Source: Octopus vulgaris (taxonomy: Eukaryota). Taken from it: a DNA stretch of 64,000 bases. Location: the NCBI GenBank assembly GCA_951406725.2, contig OX597814.1:79918001-79982000 (forward strand). Reading direction: 5' to 3'. Shown one piece after another: positions 12,517-26,985 of the stretch. Numbering within the stretch: the first letter of the stretch is position 1; each line of letters begins with the position of its first letter. Both the position numbers and the translations under genes were made by a program. The notes under the pieces are model-generated. The model saw only the letters and a list, made by a program, of their open reading frames with translations, ran no database searches and was not told the origin of the DNA.

Positions 12517-12760
12517 ATCAAAATTAAAAGAAGAGTGCCAATATTATCTAGTGAACTATATTTCGACATCATGTGTGTTTTCAACTGGTTTAAAAAATAA
12601 TTTTGTCAATCTACTTCATTTTGGTTAATATAGAAAGGCACACTTCTTTTAATTTTGACAGATAACAATGGGCACTCTTCTTTTAATTTTCACAAGATAA
12701 CAATGACACTCTTTTAATTTTGACTAGATAACAATGGCACTCTTCTTTTAATTTTGACTC
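12517..12760. repeat. ~33-35-bp minisatellite (about four units, 12636-12760) plus one inverted unit (12517-12552)
   Basis: Unit GATAACAATGGCACTCTTCTTTTAATTTTGAC; inverted copy TCAAAATTAAAAGAAGAGTGCCAATATTATCTAGT. Confidence 0.8.
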
Positions 12761-12795
12761 TATATCTTCAGGAGGAGTTACCTGAATCCTTTCTA

Positions 12796-12968
<173 letters not shown>

Positions 12969-13059
12969 GTATTGCTGTTGTTGTTGTTGTTGTTGTTATT
13001 ATTATTATTACTATTATTAGTAGTAATTATTAGTAATAATAATAGCTCCAATCTTATTC

Positions 13060-14462
13060 CATCCTTTTAATTTCGACTTAAGGATCAGTCTTGGTCTACG
13101 TAAATTTTTCTGTCATTTCTTTCTCCGTAAATTTATCCATTTCCAATATCCTCAAGTACTTATAGCCGTCTCTTCTGTCTGCTTCATAACCTCCCTCGAT
13201 GGTATCGTTAGTCCGTCCATACATTTGATTTTGCCTCTCTTCAAGACTAACACACCACAGATTTTCAGTCCGAATTCATTCTGATATCAGCACTGAAGGT
13301 ATACACCGTGTCAAGGAAGGAGATGATTTGGGCTTCATCTTTACCATAAAGTTTGAGGTCATACATGAATAACAAGTGGTTGACTTTTTGTAGGTGGCTC
13401 TTGAATACACACCCAGATTTTCAGTGTTAATGGTATCATGCTCAGTACAAAGATCAGTTGGGACAGACAGCCCCTTTGGGTGATGCCTCTCCTTATTTCT
13501 GCTGTCCCTAAACTTCTTCCATATGCTGTCAGTTCTGTCCTCCCCTTTGCCATACTTTATCCAAGCAATCGCTCAACATTCGATGCAATACCAAATAGGC
13601 TCATACATTCCATAATCCAAGAATGTGGGATCATATCGTACGCCTTACGTCAATCGATCCATGACATGGCTAAGTTGCAGTCTCTGAGTATAGTTTTGTC
13701 CACCAGTAGTTTATACTTGGTACCTCTGCACCTACGCTTGCAACCCTTCTGTTCGTGTTGCAGGACTCCATTTTACCCCAGATGGCCGTATATTGATTCT
13801 GCGACTATTCCAATCAGTAATTTCCACATAAGTGGCAAGCAGGATATTGCCTTTTTTTATGTTTTGCCAGCACAGCACTGTCCTACCCATTGTTAACCAC
13901 TTGGTCGGCATTTAACAAAGTACTGAGTTGTGCAGCTATTCGTGCATGACATTCACCAAATCTTTTGATCCGGTAACCTTGAACTCCATCTGGTCTCGGG
14001 ACCTTCCAGCTGTCCATTTTTTTGCTGATTTCCTTCACTTCCCTCATTGAAATGACTAGTTCTGCATGTTTTGGACAGACTAATATTTGTTTCAGTTCTT
14101 GCAAGCATTCAGTGTCCTTCTTGTGTTCCTTGTCTTTACTCCAGATGTCATTCTAAAACCTTTGACTTTCAATGTTATTTGGTATAAACATTTCATCTTG
14201 TACACTTTCCATATATTTCTTTGAAGAATCTCTTCTGATCTACTCTGAATAACCCATTATGCTGGTATCTCTTCATTCTTTGGTCGTATCTTACCATCTT
14301 TACTTTCTTTGCAATGAGGCGCTATTTTCAGTTCCTCCATTACTACTTTTAAGCCCTTTCTTTCAGTATCATACTTCCTGTTCAGTGTCCTGTATTTTTG
14401 TTCGCTTTTAAGCTCACCCTTCTCTTTTCGGTCTAACACAATTATGTCATTCGAGAGCATAT
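13060..14462 (-). mobile_element. R4/Dong-clade non-LTR retrotransposon, decayed reverse transcriptase region
   Basis: Fragmented frames: [100 protein letters not shown]. Many stops and frameshifts. Confidence 0.85.
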
Positions 14463-14463
14463 C

Positions 14464-14525
<62 letters not shown>

Positions 14526-14528
<3 letters not shown>

Positions 14529-14672
14529 GTCCCATCTGTTATTACATACTTTCACTGCTATACCGAGCGTAGTTCTGTGGGCCTGTGTACGAGCTGTTGC
14601 TTGTTTTGTTATTTTCAATGTATTGAAAGTGCTTTATATAAGTTTTGTGTAGTACCTATCAGCGCTATTTTC
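14526..14672 (-). mobile_element. 3' end of a second R4/Dong element (C-terminus and 3' UTR) ending in (TAA)n
   Basis: Minus strand translates KIALIGTTQNLYKALSIH*, matching the typical R4/Dong terminal motif QK.ALLGTA.ILR..L. A short UTR runs into (TAA)n, and TAA repeats also lie on the 5' side. Confidence 0.6.
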
Positions 14673-16879
14673 TTATTATTATTATACATATCTGACAGAG
14701 AAGCTAAGTTTAATGTCAGCTCTCGGGATTTTGTGAGAGAAATCGACTGTTTCACGCTGAATGGATCTGTAATTTCATTTATTCATTTATCTATTTATTT
14801 GTTTAATCGAAAAAGCGAAGCAATCCCCTGTCTGTTGGTGAATTTTGCTTACAAGATTCCTTCAGCCAAGAGGAATTTATTGGTGTATTAAGCTGTTCAG
14901 AAAAATTTGATTTTCGTTTAGAAAAATTTAAAACAAATGATGTACGAACACGGTCCATAATTCTGCCCGAGCAAGATCGACACAGTATGAGAAAAGGAAA
15001 GACGAAAAATGGTGTAATAAGAGAGAGAAGGGGAAGAGAGAGGGAGCGAGAGGAAGAGAGAGGCAGAGAGAGGGAGAGAGAGGGAGAGAGAGACAGACAG
15101 ACAGACAGAGAGACGGACGGATTTTACAGCATTCTTAGTTCGAAGGGGAAACGAGCGACTTTACTGCTATGAGTTTCAAAATAGGCTTTCGAATTGTTCA
15201 CTCAAACTCTCCTTGTAACCTGTAATCTGAAATTAAAACCATTTCTTTCGATTACACTTGGAAAATATCCAGACAAGTCAGCATGCTTTTTGGTTTAGGT
15301 ATACAGCTAGCAATTTTGAGATAAATCGGGTATTTGAGGAAAGTCGAATACATTATTTTATCGACTCCGTACGAATGAAGGCAAAGTTGACATCGGTGGG
15401 ATTTGAAACCAGAACGTAAAGAGCTGAAAGAAATGTTACAAGGCATATTTTGCGACGCACTAACGATTCACAGAATCTTACTGATTTCCAGCCAATTTGA
15501 CAATCCACAGCTAACTTGCCAATCCGAAGCCAACTTGTGAAGCCACAGCCAACTTGCCAATCCACCATCAACTTGCTAGTCTATCACCAAGTTACCAAAC
15601 TACCACCAACTTACTAGAGAACGATAATGCTTTCCAGTATAGGTTCAAGACTTCATTTGATTTTGTTTAGGGTATAGTTCATACATTGCCCCTATAGATG
15701 AATCGTACCTCATTTTATCGATTCCAGGAGGTTGAAAAAGTCTACACAGGCTGGATTTGATCCTTGAATATAAACTGAATAATTACTTCTAATATAAGTA
15801 CAAAGTCTGAAATTTTGTGGGTAGGGATAGTCTATTACATTGCTTCTAGTGCTCAACTGGTACTTATGCTATCTATTCCGAAAAGACGAAAAGGAAGCTG
15901 GCCAGTATGGAGTTTAAACTCAGGAGGTAAGAAGCCGGAAAATATGCTGTACTGCATTTTTTTCCAACTCATTGACGATTCTACTAGCTTACCGCCTTAA
16001 CCTAAGTAATTAATACTGATTTCAAATTTTGGCACAATGCCAGCGATTTCGAGGGACGGGTGTATTGATTACAGCGACTCCAGTATTTAGTTATTATTTA
16101 TTTTGTCGATCCTAAAACGATGGAAGCCAAAGTCGACCTCAGCGGAATTTGAATTCAGAACATAAAATCTGACGAAATGCTGCTAATCATTTTGCCCGCA
16201 GTGCTAGCTGGTAACGATTCTGTCAGCTCGCCACCTTAAGCCTAAGTAATTTATAGTACAATATAATTTATTTAGCGCCCTATGGAAACCGATACTACAA
16301 TTACGTAAAAAATAAGTTCTAATTTATGTAGAAGGTCAAACATTTTTGAAGAGAGAGTATCAGTTGATTACATCGATCTTAGGACATAACTGTTATTTAT
16401 TTTATCGATTTCGGAATTGGAAAGTTAACTTCGAAGGATCTGAAATCAGAATGCAAAGATCCAGAATGAATGCCACAAAACATTTTTTTTCCCAACGTTC
16501 TAACAATTCTACTAACAACAACAACTACAGCAACAATAGAATTGCGTGAAATATTCTTGCCAACGAAACGAAGAAACATAAACTAAATGGAATGGAAATT
16601 TTCATTTTGTTAACGAGATAACTATATTTTTGGAAGCATGAGGCATGTATATTAAAAAATAATAAATAATTCGCATAACCAAATAAATGATTAAAACAAA
16701 AACATATATCATTATATGAGCAAATAAAATTTTAAACTAATTGTGTGATATATTGTAAAAAAGAAACAAAATGTAGTTTCGGGATACGGGTAACTCGCTT
16801 TAATAAAATTGTTTGTATAACAGCAGTAAAAGGAGACTTCTAAAATAAACAAATAAACCCAGTTATATAGGAACATTAA

Positions 16880-17990
<1,111 letters not shown>

Positions 17991-19206
17991 TGTTGTTGTT
18001 TTCTCTGCCTTATTGCACAAAATGTGATGATCATTTTTCTTTCTGTTCTTTCATTTCTTTTTTTTTATATCTTTTTTTATTTTCAATTTTTTTTTTTGAC
18101 TTGTCTCTATTATAAAAATTTCTTAGAATTTCGACATAAAATCAGAACCGAATCACGCTATTCATTTTTCTAAGTCCATGTACTGTACTTTCCCAAAAAA
18201 TAATAATTTTTTTACCGCTTTCATTGATATTCATTCATTTGTTCATTCTTCTTCAGTTATATACATATAAATATGTGTGTGCGCGTGTGTGTGTGTATAC
18301 ATATACGCATACACAAATATATACATATACATATACCCATATATAAAAATATATATCATACATATGTATAAAGTATACATATATAAACATGTGTGTGTGT
18401 GCAGTTTGTATAAGTGTCTATGTTCGTATGTATATTCACTAAAAAACTGGAGTTGATTTCTTGAAGTATAGCGTTTTTTTTTTTTTACATCTTAGATTAT
18501 TACATAAGAGTTGCCATCTTGGAAATATTTTTTATAAGTTGTAGTTTTAGTTTCTTCATGTGTTTTAATTATAAGTTTTACCGAAATATTTTTTTTTAAA
18601 TGGGTTGGTGGTTGTTAAACATATCTAAATAATTTAATTTACTAGATTTTATATTATTCTTCAGAAGTCGTTGAATTTTTTCTTGTTTTATAATAAAATT
18701 TTGCGCTATTACCTTTTTATGGCAAATGAAATGCTATGCCAATACTGTTGCGTACTTCTTTCAATAATATTTATTTTTCTAATTTTAAGCTTTTAATGAA
18801 CTTTGAATAATATAATTTTTAGAATAAAACAAACTATTGGAGTTGATCTTTACTAAATAACTTTGAAATGTTACCATGGTGATAGAAAGAGATGTAGAGA
18901 TTTACATTGAAATCGCTGAAAAAATGTTCAAGGAAACGTTAGCATTTTATATCTGTAAGGAAAAATACACCTCAAGTATATGATTTAAGTAGCTTTCAGT
19001 TTTGATGGAACTGGTTGAATGGGTATAAATTATCTCGTTCATAACAACGAAGAGATTTTCTTTATATTCAAACGTATTCTTGGTATCAAATTGAATAGAT
19101 TTGAGAGTGAATTTAGGGCTAGAAATAAATTGTTTTCTTTATATTGTAATGGGATGTGGTATTCTCAGAGTAATTGGCTTAAATACACACACACATGTAC
19201 ACACAC

Positions 19207-19271
<65 letters not shown>

Positions 19272-20403
19272 TTGTGTGTTTGAGTGCATGTGTGTGCGTG
19301 TCTGTCTGCAGTGCGCAAGCTACAAAGTGTTGTGGTAAACCACATGGGTATGGAAATAATATTTATAAGCAACAAGGAATGATATTTATAACATGAGTGA
19401 TAGTAACATATCCAAATTTTCAGAAATGAAATAATACGTTTTGTGTATACACGCGCGCGCACACACACACACATATTCATGTCCGTGTATACAAACATGT
19501 GCGTGCGCACACACACATATATGTTTGTTGTTGCTGTTTTCTGCTGCTCTGTTTTTTGACAATGTAAGAGGTATAAAAAAAAAAAGACTGGACTTCTAGT
19601 AATCCTACAGATTTCATGATTTCTTGGTTGAAGTGGGACGAGAATACGCATGACTAATTTTAGATGTTCTACTCTAAACTGAGTATATGCTTTAAATGAG
19701 CTACCTCATCACATGAACTTTTGTCTTATATGATAATGAATCAAGGACCCCAGTGATCTTTGACTGCTAGAAAAAAAAAATATTTCTTATCGAATTAAAC
19801 ATTAAACTCCCCCGCTTTCCGAGTAGTGCAATACTTATATATATCCAGTCGACCACAGCCACTGCTATGTACAACTCTCATCAGAATCCGAGTAATAAGT
19901 AAACATCCCAAGAGTAACATTTGTGAACTGGTTTCTATTTTCGGGGAAAAATCTGCAGATAGCAAATAGACTTAATTATAGTTTTTAATTTCCTAATTTA
20001 CTTAGAAATCCATGGTCTAATGTCAATAAAAGTAATATATAGGATTTTTTGAGGGCAGGTAGACAGCAGAATTGGTAGAGGGCTAGAAAAAGATAGTTTT
20101 CATATTTTGCAACGTCCTATATATGCCCTAGTTTTAAATCCAATTCAGGCTAACTTTAAATTATGACTTTTGACGTGAATAAACTAAGTGCCAGTAATGT
20201 AATGGTTTCGATTAAGTCCTATCTTTTTCTGTAAAGCATGCTTGTCAATCAATTAAAACGTTTTTCATGAACGACCTTTTGTTAGAAATAGAACAGAATA
20301 TTTAAGATTTCATTTAGTCGTTTTATTTTTTCTTTTCAAATGTAGCACCCATTATGTTTTCAGCCTCTCAGAGACTGATGTCAGGAAAAAGGTCGATCTA
20401 GTC

Positions 20404-20643
20404 CAGTATTTCTCAACCATGATTTGCCTAGGAAACCCTTTGATTCTTATACTACTCAGGCTGATCTCCGTAGCCATTTGATGTTTTAAAAAATGCTATT
20501 GTATTTTTTGCAATTAAATATTATCAAGGATTGTATTTAAAAAAAAATGTTAAAATATCTTATGTACTGTAGAAATATAACTAATTTATCACACATAAAT
20601 GCTAACGACAAAATCCCATATGCACCCCGGTTGAGAACCACTG
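20404..20643. mobile_element. hAT (Charlie-like) MITE
   Basis: TIRs CAGTATTTCTCAACC / GGTTGAGAACCACTG; diverged 8-bp flanks ATCTAGTC / TTGTTGTC; internally similar to 40875-41186. Confidence 0.7.
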
Positions 20644-21381
20644 TTGTTGTCCGAGGCATCGCATATGGACATCGAGTAGTCTTCAAATACATACAACAAA
20701 AGAGACAACGGTACGAGGGTCAGGTGATAGTGTTAAACCTAACGACTGGTTGGATTATGCTTGTAATTTGAGGTGAAATTATATGTAGAATGACTGCTTT
20801 TCATCACTCTGTATCACAAAAGAAAGACATATGTTCATTTTAAATTTATATTATAGTTTAGAAAATCAAAGTCAGTAATCATGACGTTTATTTATTAATT
20901 TATTTTTTCAGGACTTCCGTGAACGCTGATAGAAAGCGTGAAAGTTATTTTCAGATCCTTCACCTAACCTCAATGTTTGCAATAGACTCTACTAAAAGCA
21001 TTCATCAACCAGCTGATGGTGTTAAGCAGGGCGACGGATTAAGTATATCAGCCAAAAATTAAATTTCTTGCTTGGTTAGTCAGAAAGAACAACTGTCACA
21101 GCTATTGTATTCAGCTTCATCCCTATGGATTAGATCAACTAAGTAACAGACATGTGTTGTGGTTGATTCATTCGGTATATATAATACATTTGTCTATTTA
21201 TTTATGATCCCACGTCAATATGAGGAATCGATATTACAGCTATTCCGGTTCATGTAAAACTGTAAATACAAAGTCATAAAACAAATGATCTAAGCTTGTT
21301 CATTTTGTTTAATTCGAACCAAATCACGTGACAAGCCACGGTTGACTCAAGTTTGTATGTCATTTTGACATCAAACTACAA

Positions 21382-21419
<38 letters not shown>

Positions 21420-23479
21420 CTGGGTATCCAGCAGTGCATAGCCTGATTCGTTTCTTTGCTTTAATATCATTTTCTCACGAAAGGTTTTGCCAGCAATGTT
21501 CAATGGTACGCCGATAATAACCACTACCTTGCATAGTTTAGTAAATGATTGTAGTCACTCTAATTTCATCAACCACATCAGGTTAGGATGACAGTAGTTT
21601 CAATTGATATTTAGAGAAAGAGACTCGGAGAGAGAGGGAGAAAGAGAGAAAAAGGAAAGCAAAAAAACAAAGTGGGGAAAAAGAAAAACGAAGACAGAAA
21701 TACAGAGTGATAAACCGGTGGGGGAAAAATAAGGGACATAAAACCAAAGGTGCGTTTGACTTGCTTTCGACTTACAACCAGTTAAGTTTACATCGCAACA
21801 TATGAGTGTGTAAAGTCGCTCGACTTACTACAAATAACAACCAAATTTCACTGCTGTCTCTTGCTTCCCAACCATGTGTTCTTGCGTTCATTCCCCCTGC
21901 GCGGCACCTTGTGCAAGTGTCTTCCGCTATAGCCCCTGGGCCGATAAAAGCCTTGTGGGTGAATTTGGTAGACGGAAAGCGAAAGAAGCCTGTTTGTGTG
22001 TGTGTTTGTTTGTTTATTCCATGCCAACGCTTAACAGTATATATTGGTTTATCACCCCATAAATTAGTGATTCGGCAAACAGAAATCAATGAAATAAGTA
22101 CCAGGCTTCTGAAGCATCTAAGTCGATTTGATTGACTAAACTCATCAAGACAGTGCCCCAGTATGAAGGACATATTGATAGCGTATTCTTAGACACACGA
22201 AAAAATACAGATGATCATACCTGGAACGCCTTTGATCATAAGTCTGATTAAAGCTAAAAAAAAAACATTAACATCTACAATCACAACTGCAACAATGATA
22301 TTGTTACATATGGACACTGAATATAATAGAGAAAACGACAATGTAAGGATATCTAACAAACAGATGCCGGGATTATATATTCAAATCTTATTGACGTAAC
22401 AGTTATCATTAAAAGAATGACGAGGTTGTAAGCGTGGGTATATGTGTGTGTGTGTGTGTGTGTGTTTGTGTGTGTAACGTGAGAGTTGCGTTACACACTC
22501 TAAAATATCCGCACATATTCGAATATGTATAAAATACATGGGCCAATCTTCTACATTATGTGTTCTGGGTGAAGTACATATATTTTTCTTAATACTGTTT
22601 GTCTTTTACCGGTTCCTGTTACTGAACTAGTTTACTATATTTATGGAGGAACTTGATGTAGGTTTATCTGAGATGGTATACAGTAGAATTCCTAATAGAT
22701 GAAAGAAAAAGTTGACGTCTGCTGCATGTCAGTTCCGCTATTATACAAGGTGGTTTTGAAACGTTGGTGATCTTAAAGTCCCGAACTATTTTCAGTATCT
22801 AACCAGCACTAAGAAGAGAGAGAGAGAGAAGGGGGAGGAAGAGAGTAGAACTCTTGGCCCAATTTGAAAGCCCCATTTCAATGATAAAGTTTGATTTCAT
22901 TTCTTCCAAACTACTTCAAATATAAACTACCGTTTGTCCCTCCCTTCTATATTCCGTGAGTCGAGTTTTAAAATCTTTTTTTTCTCACTCCTATTAGTTC
23001 ATCGTCTTCCAGTTCAGTAGTGAAATGGAGTCTTTGAGAGGTCCATTCTCCGTCTAGTCTTTCATTCCCGATGTAAAGACTTCAAGTCATCTTACTCCTA
23101 ATTTCAAGTTACCTACCGGTAATCAGAATTCCATTTCACTTTACCCCCGAAGGCAGCTTGGACCCGATTTCAAAATTCCTCTGCACTGTCCACATTAACT
23201 CCTCTCCGATCTCGCTAAAAAGCTAAATTCTAACGCTTACAACTCATGTGTCCATAGCATTAAATACAAGTAAAATTTGAAATATAAAAAACAAAAAGTG
23301 ATTTTTAAATATCCCCTAACATTTTTATGGTGCCTTTAAAAAAAAACAAAATAAAAAAACACTTTCAACGGTAGAGATACTTAGTCTGCAATTTTTAAAA
23401 AAATAAATACATTACTTACTGATGATTTAAAGCCTTTTTTAATTTTCTGTTCGAATTTATTAAAGATAAACTGCAATTA

Positions 23480-23512
23480 CAAATATATTTATACGTTTCA
23501 AATGCAATCGAA

Positions 23513-23550
<38 letters not shown>

Positions 23551-23793
23551 GTATAAATATATATGATACAAAACAAAATATATTAATACATATACACTTA
23601 AAATACAAACGAAATGTATTGATATACAAAATAAAATATATTAATACACTTCATGTGTAGCGAAATATATTTAATCTACTAACAAAATATATTAATGCAC
23701 TTTAAATGTATTTATACATAAATGAAAAATATTTATACATTTTAAGTGCAAACGATATGTATTTATATACGAAACCAAATGTTTACACACTTA
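23480..23793 (+). repeat. Degenerate AT-rich minisatellite (~50-bp unit, 5-6 copies)
   Basis: Recurring AAAATATATTAATACACTT..AAACGAAATGTATT.ATATAC units. Confidence 0.7.
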
Positions 23794-24774
23794 CTGGTAG
23801 TTATTATGATTACAAGTTATAATTTACAGAAAAAAATTATTATAATAATGATAATATCAACAAAATCATTATAAAAATATATAAGAATTTTTTTATTCAC
23901 CAGCAGAGCGACAAACTTTTAGGAAAGGATGTGAGGGGATTGGGGTTATATGAAATCGCAGCGGGTAGGATGAAATGAATTTGAGATTACCTGAAGGTTG
24001 ATTTGAAATCTATTTCATCCCACCCCCTCTACTCTAAATGCGATTTCGAGTTACTGGGAGATTCCAAGTTACTGGACTGAGGTGATGTGTTTTGAAATCG
24101 CCACAACAAAAATTCATTCCTATGTTCAAGAGAATAATTAACAACCGGAAATTCAGTGGCCTTGGAGTGGGGCTATGAAGGTCATGAGTATTGCCACTTT
24201 TACAAGATAATTTCAACAATCAATAAAATATATGCTGTTAATATTTTAGTTATTCTTCATTACTCATTACAATAGCCAAGAATTGTACGGATACTGATAC
24301 AAGTGTTACAATTGCATCAGCAACAAAATGCCAGCAAATTTCTAGCATTACATTACAATACATGTCAGCCCATTTGTATGGGCGTCTTCATGCATAATTT
24401 GATATCATGGAGAAACGTGATTTGGGGGCACCATTGTTCTTTTGGAATCATCAACAGTGAGAGCAGCTATTCTAATAACAGAATTATTACATATAGTAAT
24501 GGTTCCAAGACCGTTCCCTGTAGATTTGCCAATCAGGTACACAGATCGTTTTAATAGATCGTACGCCCCTATACGATCTCATAAAATAATGGCCATCGAG
24601 TTGGTTCTACAAGTCTTTATTTTATACGTAAAACAGCAAAAAATAAAATCGAATAAACTGCAGAGTAACGTAAAATAGGCATTTTAGTGTCTTTAGTTGT
24701 CATGTTTAATATCAAGTTAGCTTCGATCAAACTCTAGAACGAAAGGTATATCCAAGACCACTAGTTAATTAGTG

Positions 24775-26500
24775 AACGTACGTCCGAAATGGAAGCCGCA
24801 AATCCCTCTGCGTCGTAGTTCACGACCTCCGACTTGGACGGGTTTACTTTGAAGCCGATCCTCACTGGAGGGGGAAATCACTGCTCGGAGATCGTGGCAG
24901 ACATTCTCAACTGGCCCACCTATCGTCGCATCATCCAGGTACCAGACATTGAAAGGGGCCGTGATGCCCCGAGCAATGTTGTTCACCATGAGAGCGAATA
25001 CGATGGAGCCCAATGGATCGCCCTGTCGCTGAGAAGCATGCGCGGATTCCTGCACGACAAGTAAGCCGGCGGGTAGACAGACAGGGCTCGACTGAGGCAG
25101 GTCTGTAGCAAGTGGATATGGTACAAAGATTTGAAAGCGTTTTTCATGTCAAGCTTGACAATAAGATGCTTGGAGTAGCTTGATGCCAGCTCAGGAGAGT
25201 CATTGAAAAACTGTCTAGCGGCATGGGCATCCCCTTCCTATCCCGCTGTCTAAGCCGACCCTAGCAGTACCGGGCTTATTTCCTCGCCAAGTTTGGATGC
25301 GGCAGAGCTGCAGAATACAATTGGTCGCGTGTCTCCGAGAGAAATTTCCATAGTGATGGAGCGTATGCCCTCATCCTTCTTCTTGAGAGTGATTAGACAG
25401 GTTGAAAAGAAGAGGCCCCGGGGATAAAGATCTAGGGCAACGTAAATGAATTTGTCGATGAGAGCTGTAACTGCGCTCAGCAGGCAGCACCCGGCTTCGG
25501 CAGTGTGTGCAGACAGCAAATCTTTTAGGTGGTTGGGTCGGAGACCGTAGATATTTCCGCTGCTACTGGCACCGCAAAACCTCAGGGCAGAGAGGATGTA
25601 TTTCTCGGATGTCGGGTGGTGATATGGGTCTGAGGTCGGCTGGTAGCTCAGGATGTTTTAGTCGGAGGACAGCCAGGACCACTTCGGTAGGGTAGAGGAC
25701 GGTGTTATGAGAGGTGACTACTCTGACAGCCTCTGATACATTACCTTCAATAAGTTTTGCATTTACACGGTCGTGTAGGCGCTTTAAGCCGGCGTCAGGG
25801 GTGGAGATCTGCGGGGTCGAGAATGGGCTGAGTGCAACATGTTCGGACACAATAGGTATGGGTGCCTGCCCAAGGGACGAGATGTTGGCCCTGACTAGGG
25901 CTGTTGTAGACAGACCACCTCGATCGGCGGCAGTGTTGGGGAGACCAAGAGTGAGCAGAGCAAAATAGACACTAGATTCCAATCGCATGGTCGACCAGAT
26001 TCTAGGGCTTTCTCGTATCAGCCACCAGCACCCGAGCCCTTTTCGGGATCTTAAGAGGGATCTTACGAAGCCTCCCGAGCTGAGCGATGTTTGACTGGTG
26101 AGAGTTGGGCGTCAGACAGGTATGCCGTTTTATCTGAGGGTGTGGTGGATGGCCGCTGACGCGCAGCTGAGGGGGAGAAGAAGCTGCTGCATTTCCACAT
26201 TGAGAGCGCATTTGAGACCCATCGTGTCAGGTCGACGCAAGAGACATGATGGAAACAACCATATCTCGAACAGTTCCTCCCTCTCTTTTTCCTATTGGTA
26301 GAGGCGCATGTGCTGCAGATAGCTTCCTGTATAGGTGGGGCGCACAGTCGGGGACTGGAATGCCGTTCAACAACGAGGGCGTCGGTGAACCCTGGTGTGG
26401 AAACGGAGCAATTGACTGGCATCCTGGAAATTGGTGGGTGACGTGGCTAGAATACTGATGCAATTATAGCCGTTGGATTGGGGAAGCCGAAGATCCGAGC
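24775..26500 (-). mobile_element. CRE-clade non-LTR retrotransposon with N-terminal PHD finger and RT; degenerate, 3'-truncated
   Basis: GC-rich island. PHD-like CSTC..NCSRYGCFHHVSCVDL..WKCSS; IPKRARVLVAD; NAKLIEGNVSEAVRVV; LRLKHP; GLRPNHL; LITLKKKDEGIRSI; KLDMKNAF; QGDPLGSIVFAL; WYLDDATIGG. Frameshifts and stops. Confidence 0.85.
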
Positions 26501-26985
26501 ATTGCAGAAATCAGAGCAAGGGGAAAATGGAAGAAAAAAGGGGAAGAAAAAGGTGAAAGAAGGAAAGATACAAAACAAAAAAAAAACGTAGAATAAAAAG
26601 AAGAAAAAAGGAATGTGCGAGAAAAAAGATAGAAACATTGAGATAAATAAAGGGAGAGAGACAACCCGAGATCCTCCCCGACTTCATTCTTTCTTAGACA
26701 ATCGCAGCATACAATCTGTCCATACACCCATGCTTGTGTGTGTGTGTGTGTGTGTGTGTAATCAAAATATAAATATGAATATGAATATAAATATGAATGT
26801 TCAGAAGAACATGTCCATACGTGAGTATGTTTAAAAAAGAAAATATGAGAAACAATACATTCAAATGTGAATATATGCAGAGGTGTAGAGCAGCACTTAA
26901 AAGTGGCTGTTGCATTAGAACATACAAATACTGCGATATTTTCCAAGAGGGAAAAACTCTTTTATGGTTTTTTGGTGCATATATA

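Noticed and set aside
12636-12760. CRISPR-like short repeat array
   Set aside because: Units are contiguous with no unique spacers, no cas genes are present and the context is eukaryotic; it is a minisatellite.
13438-13896. 152-aa plus-strand ORF (likewise 27582-28001 minus and 44756-45085 plus)
   Set aside because: Antisense shadows of transposon coding remnants.
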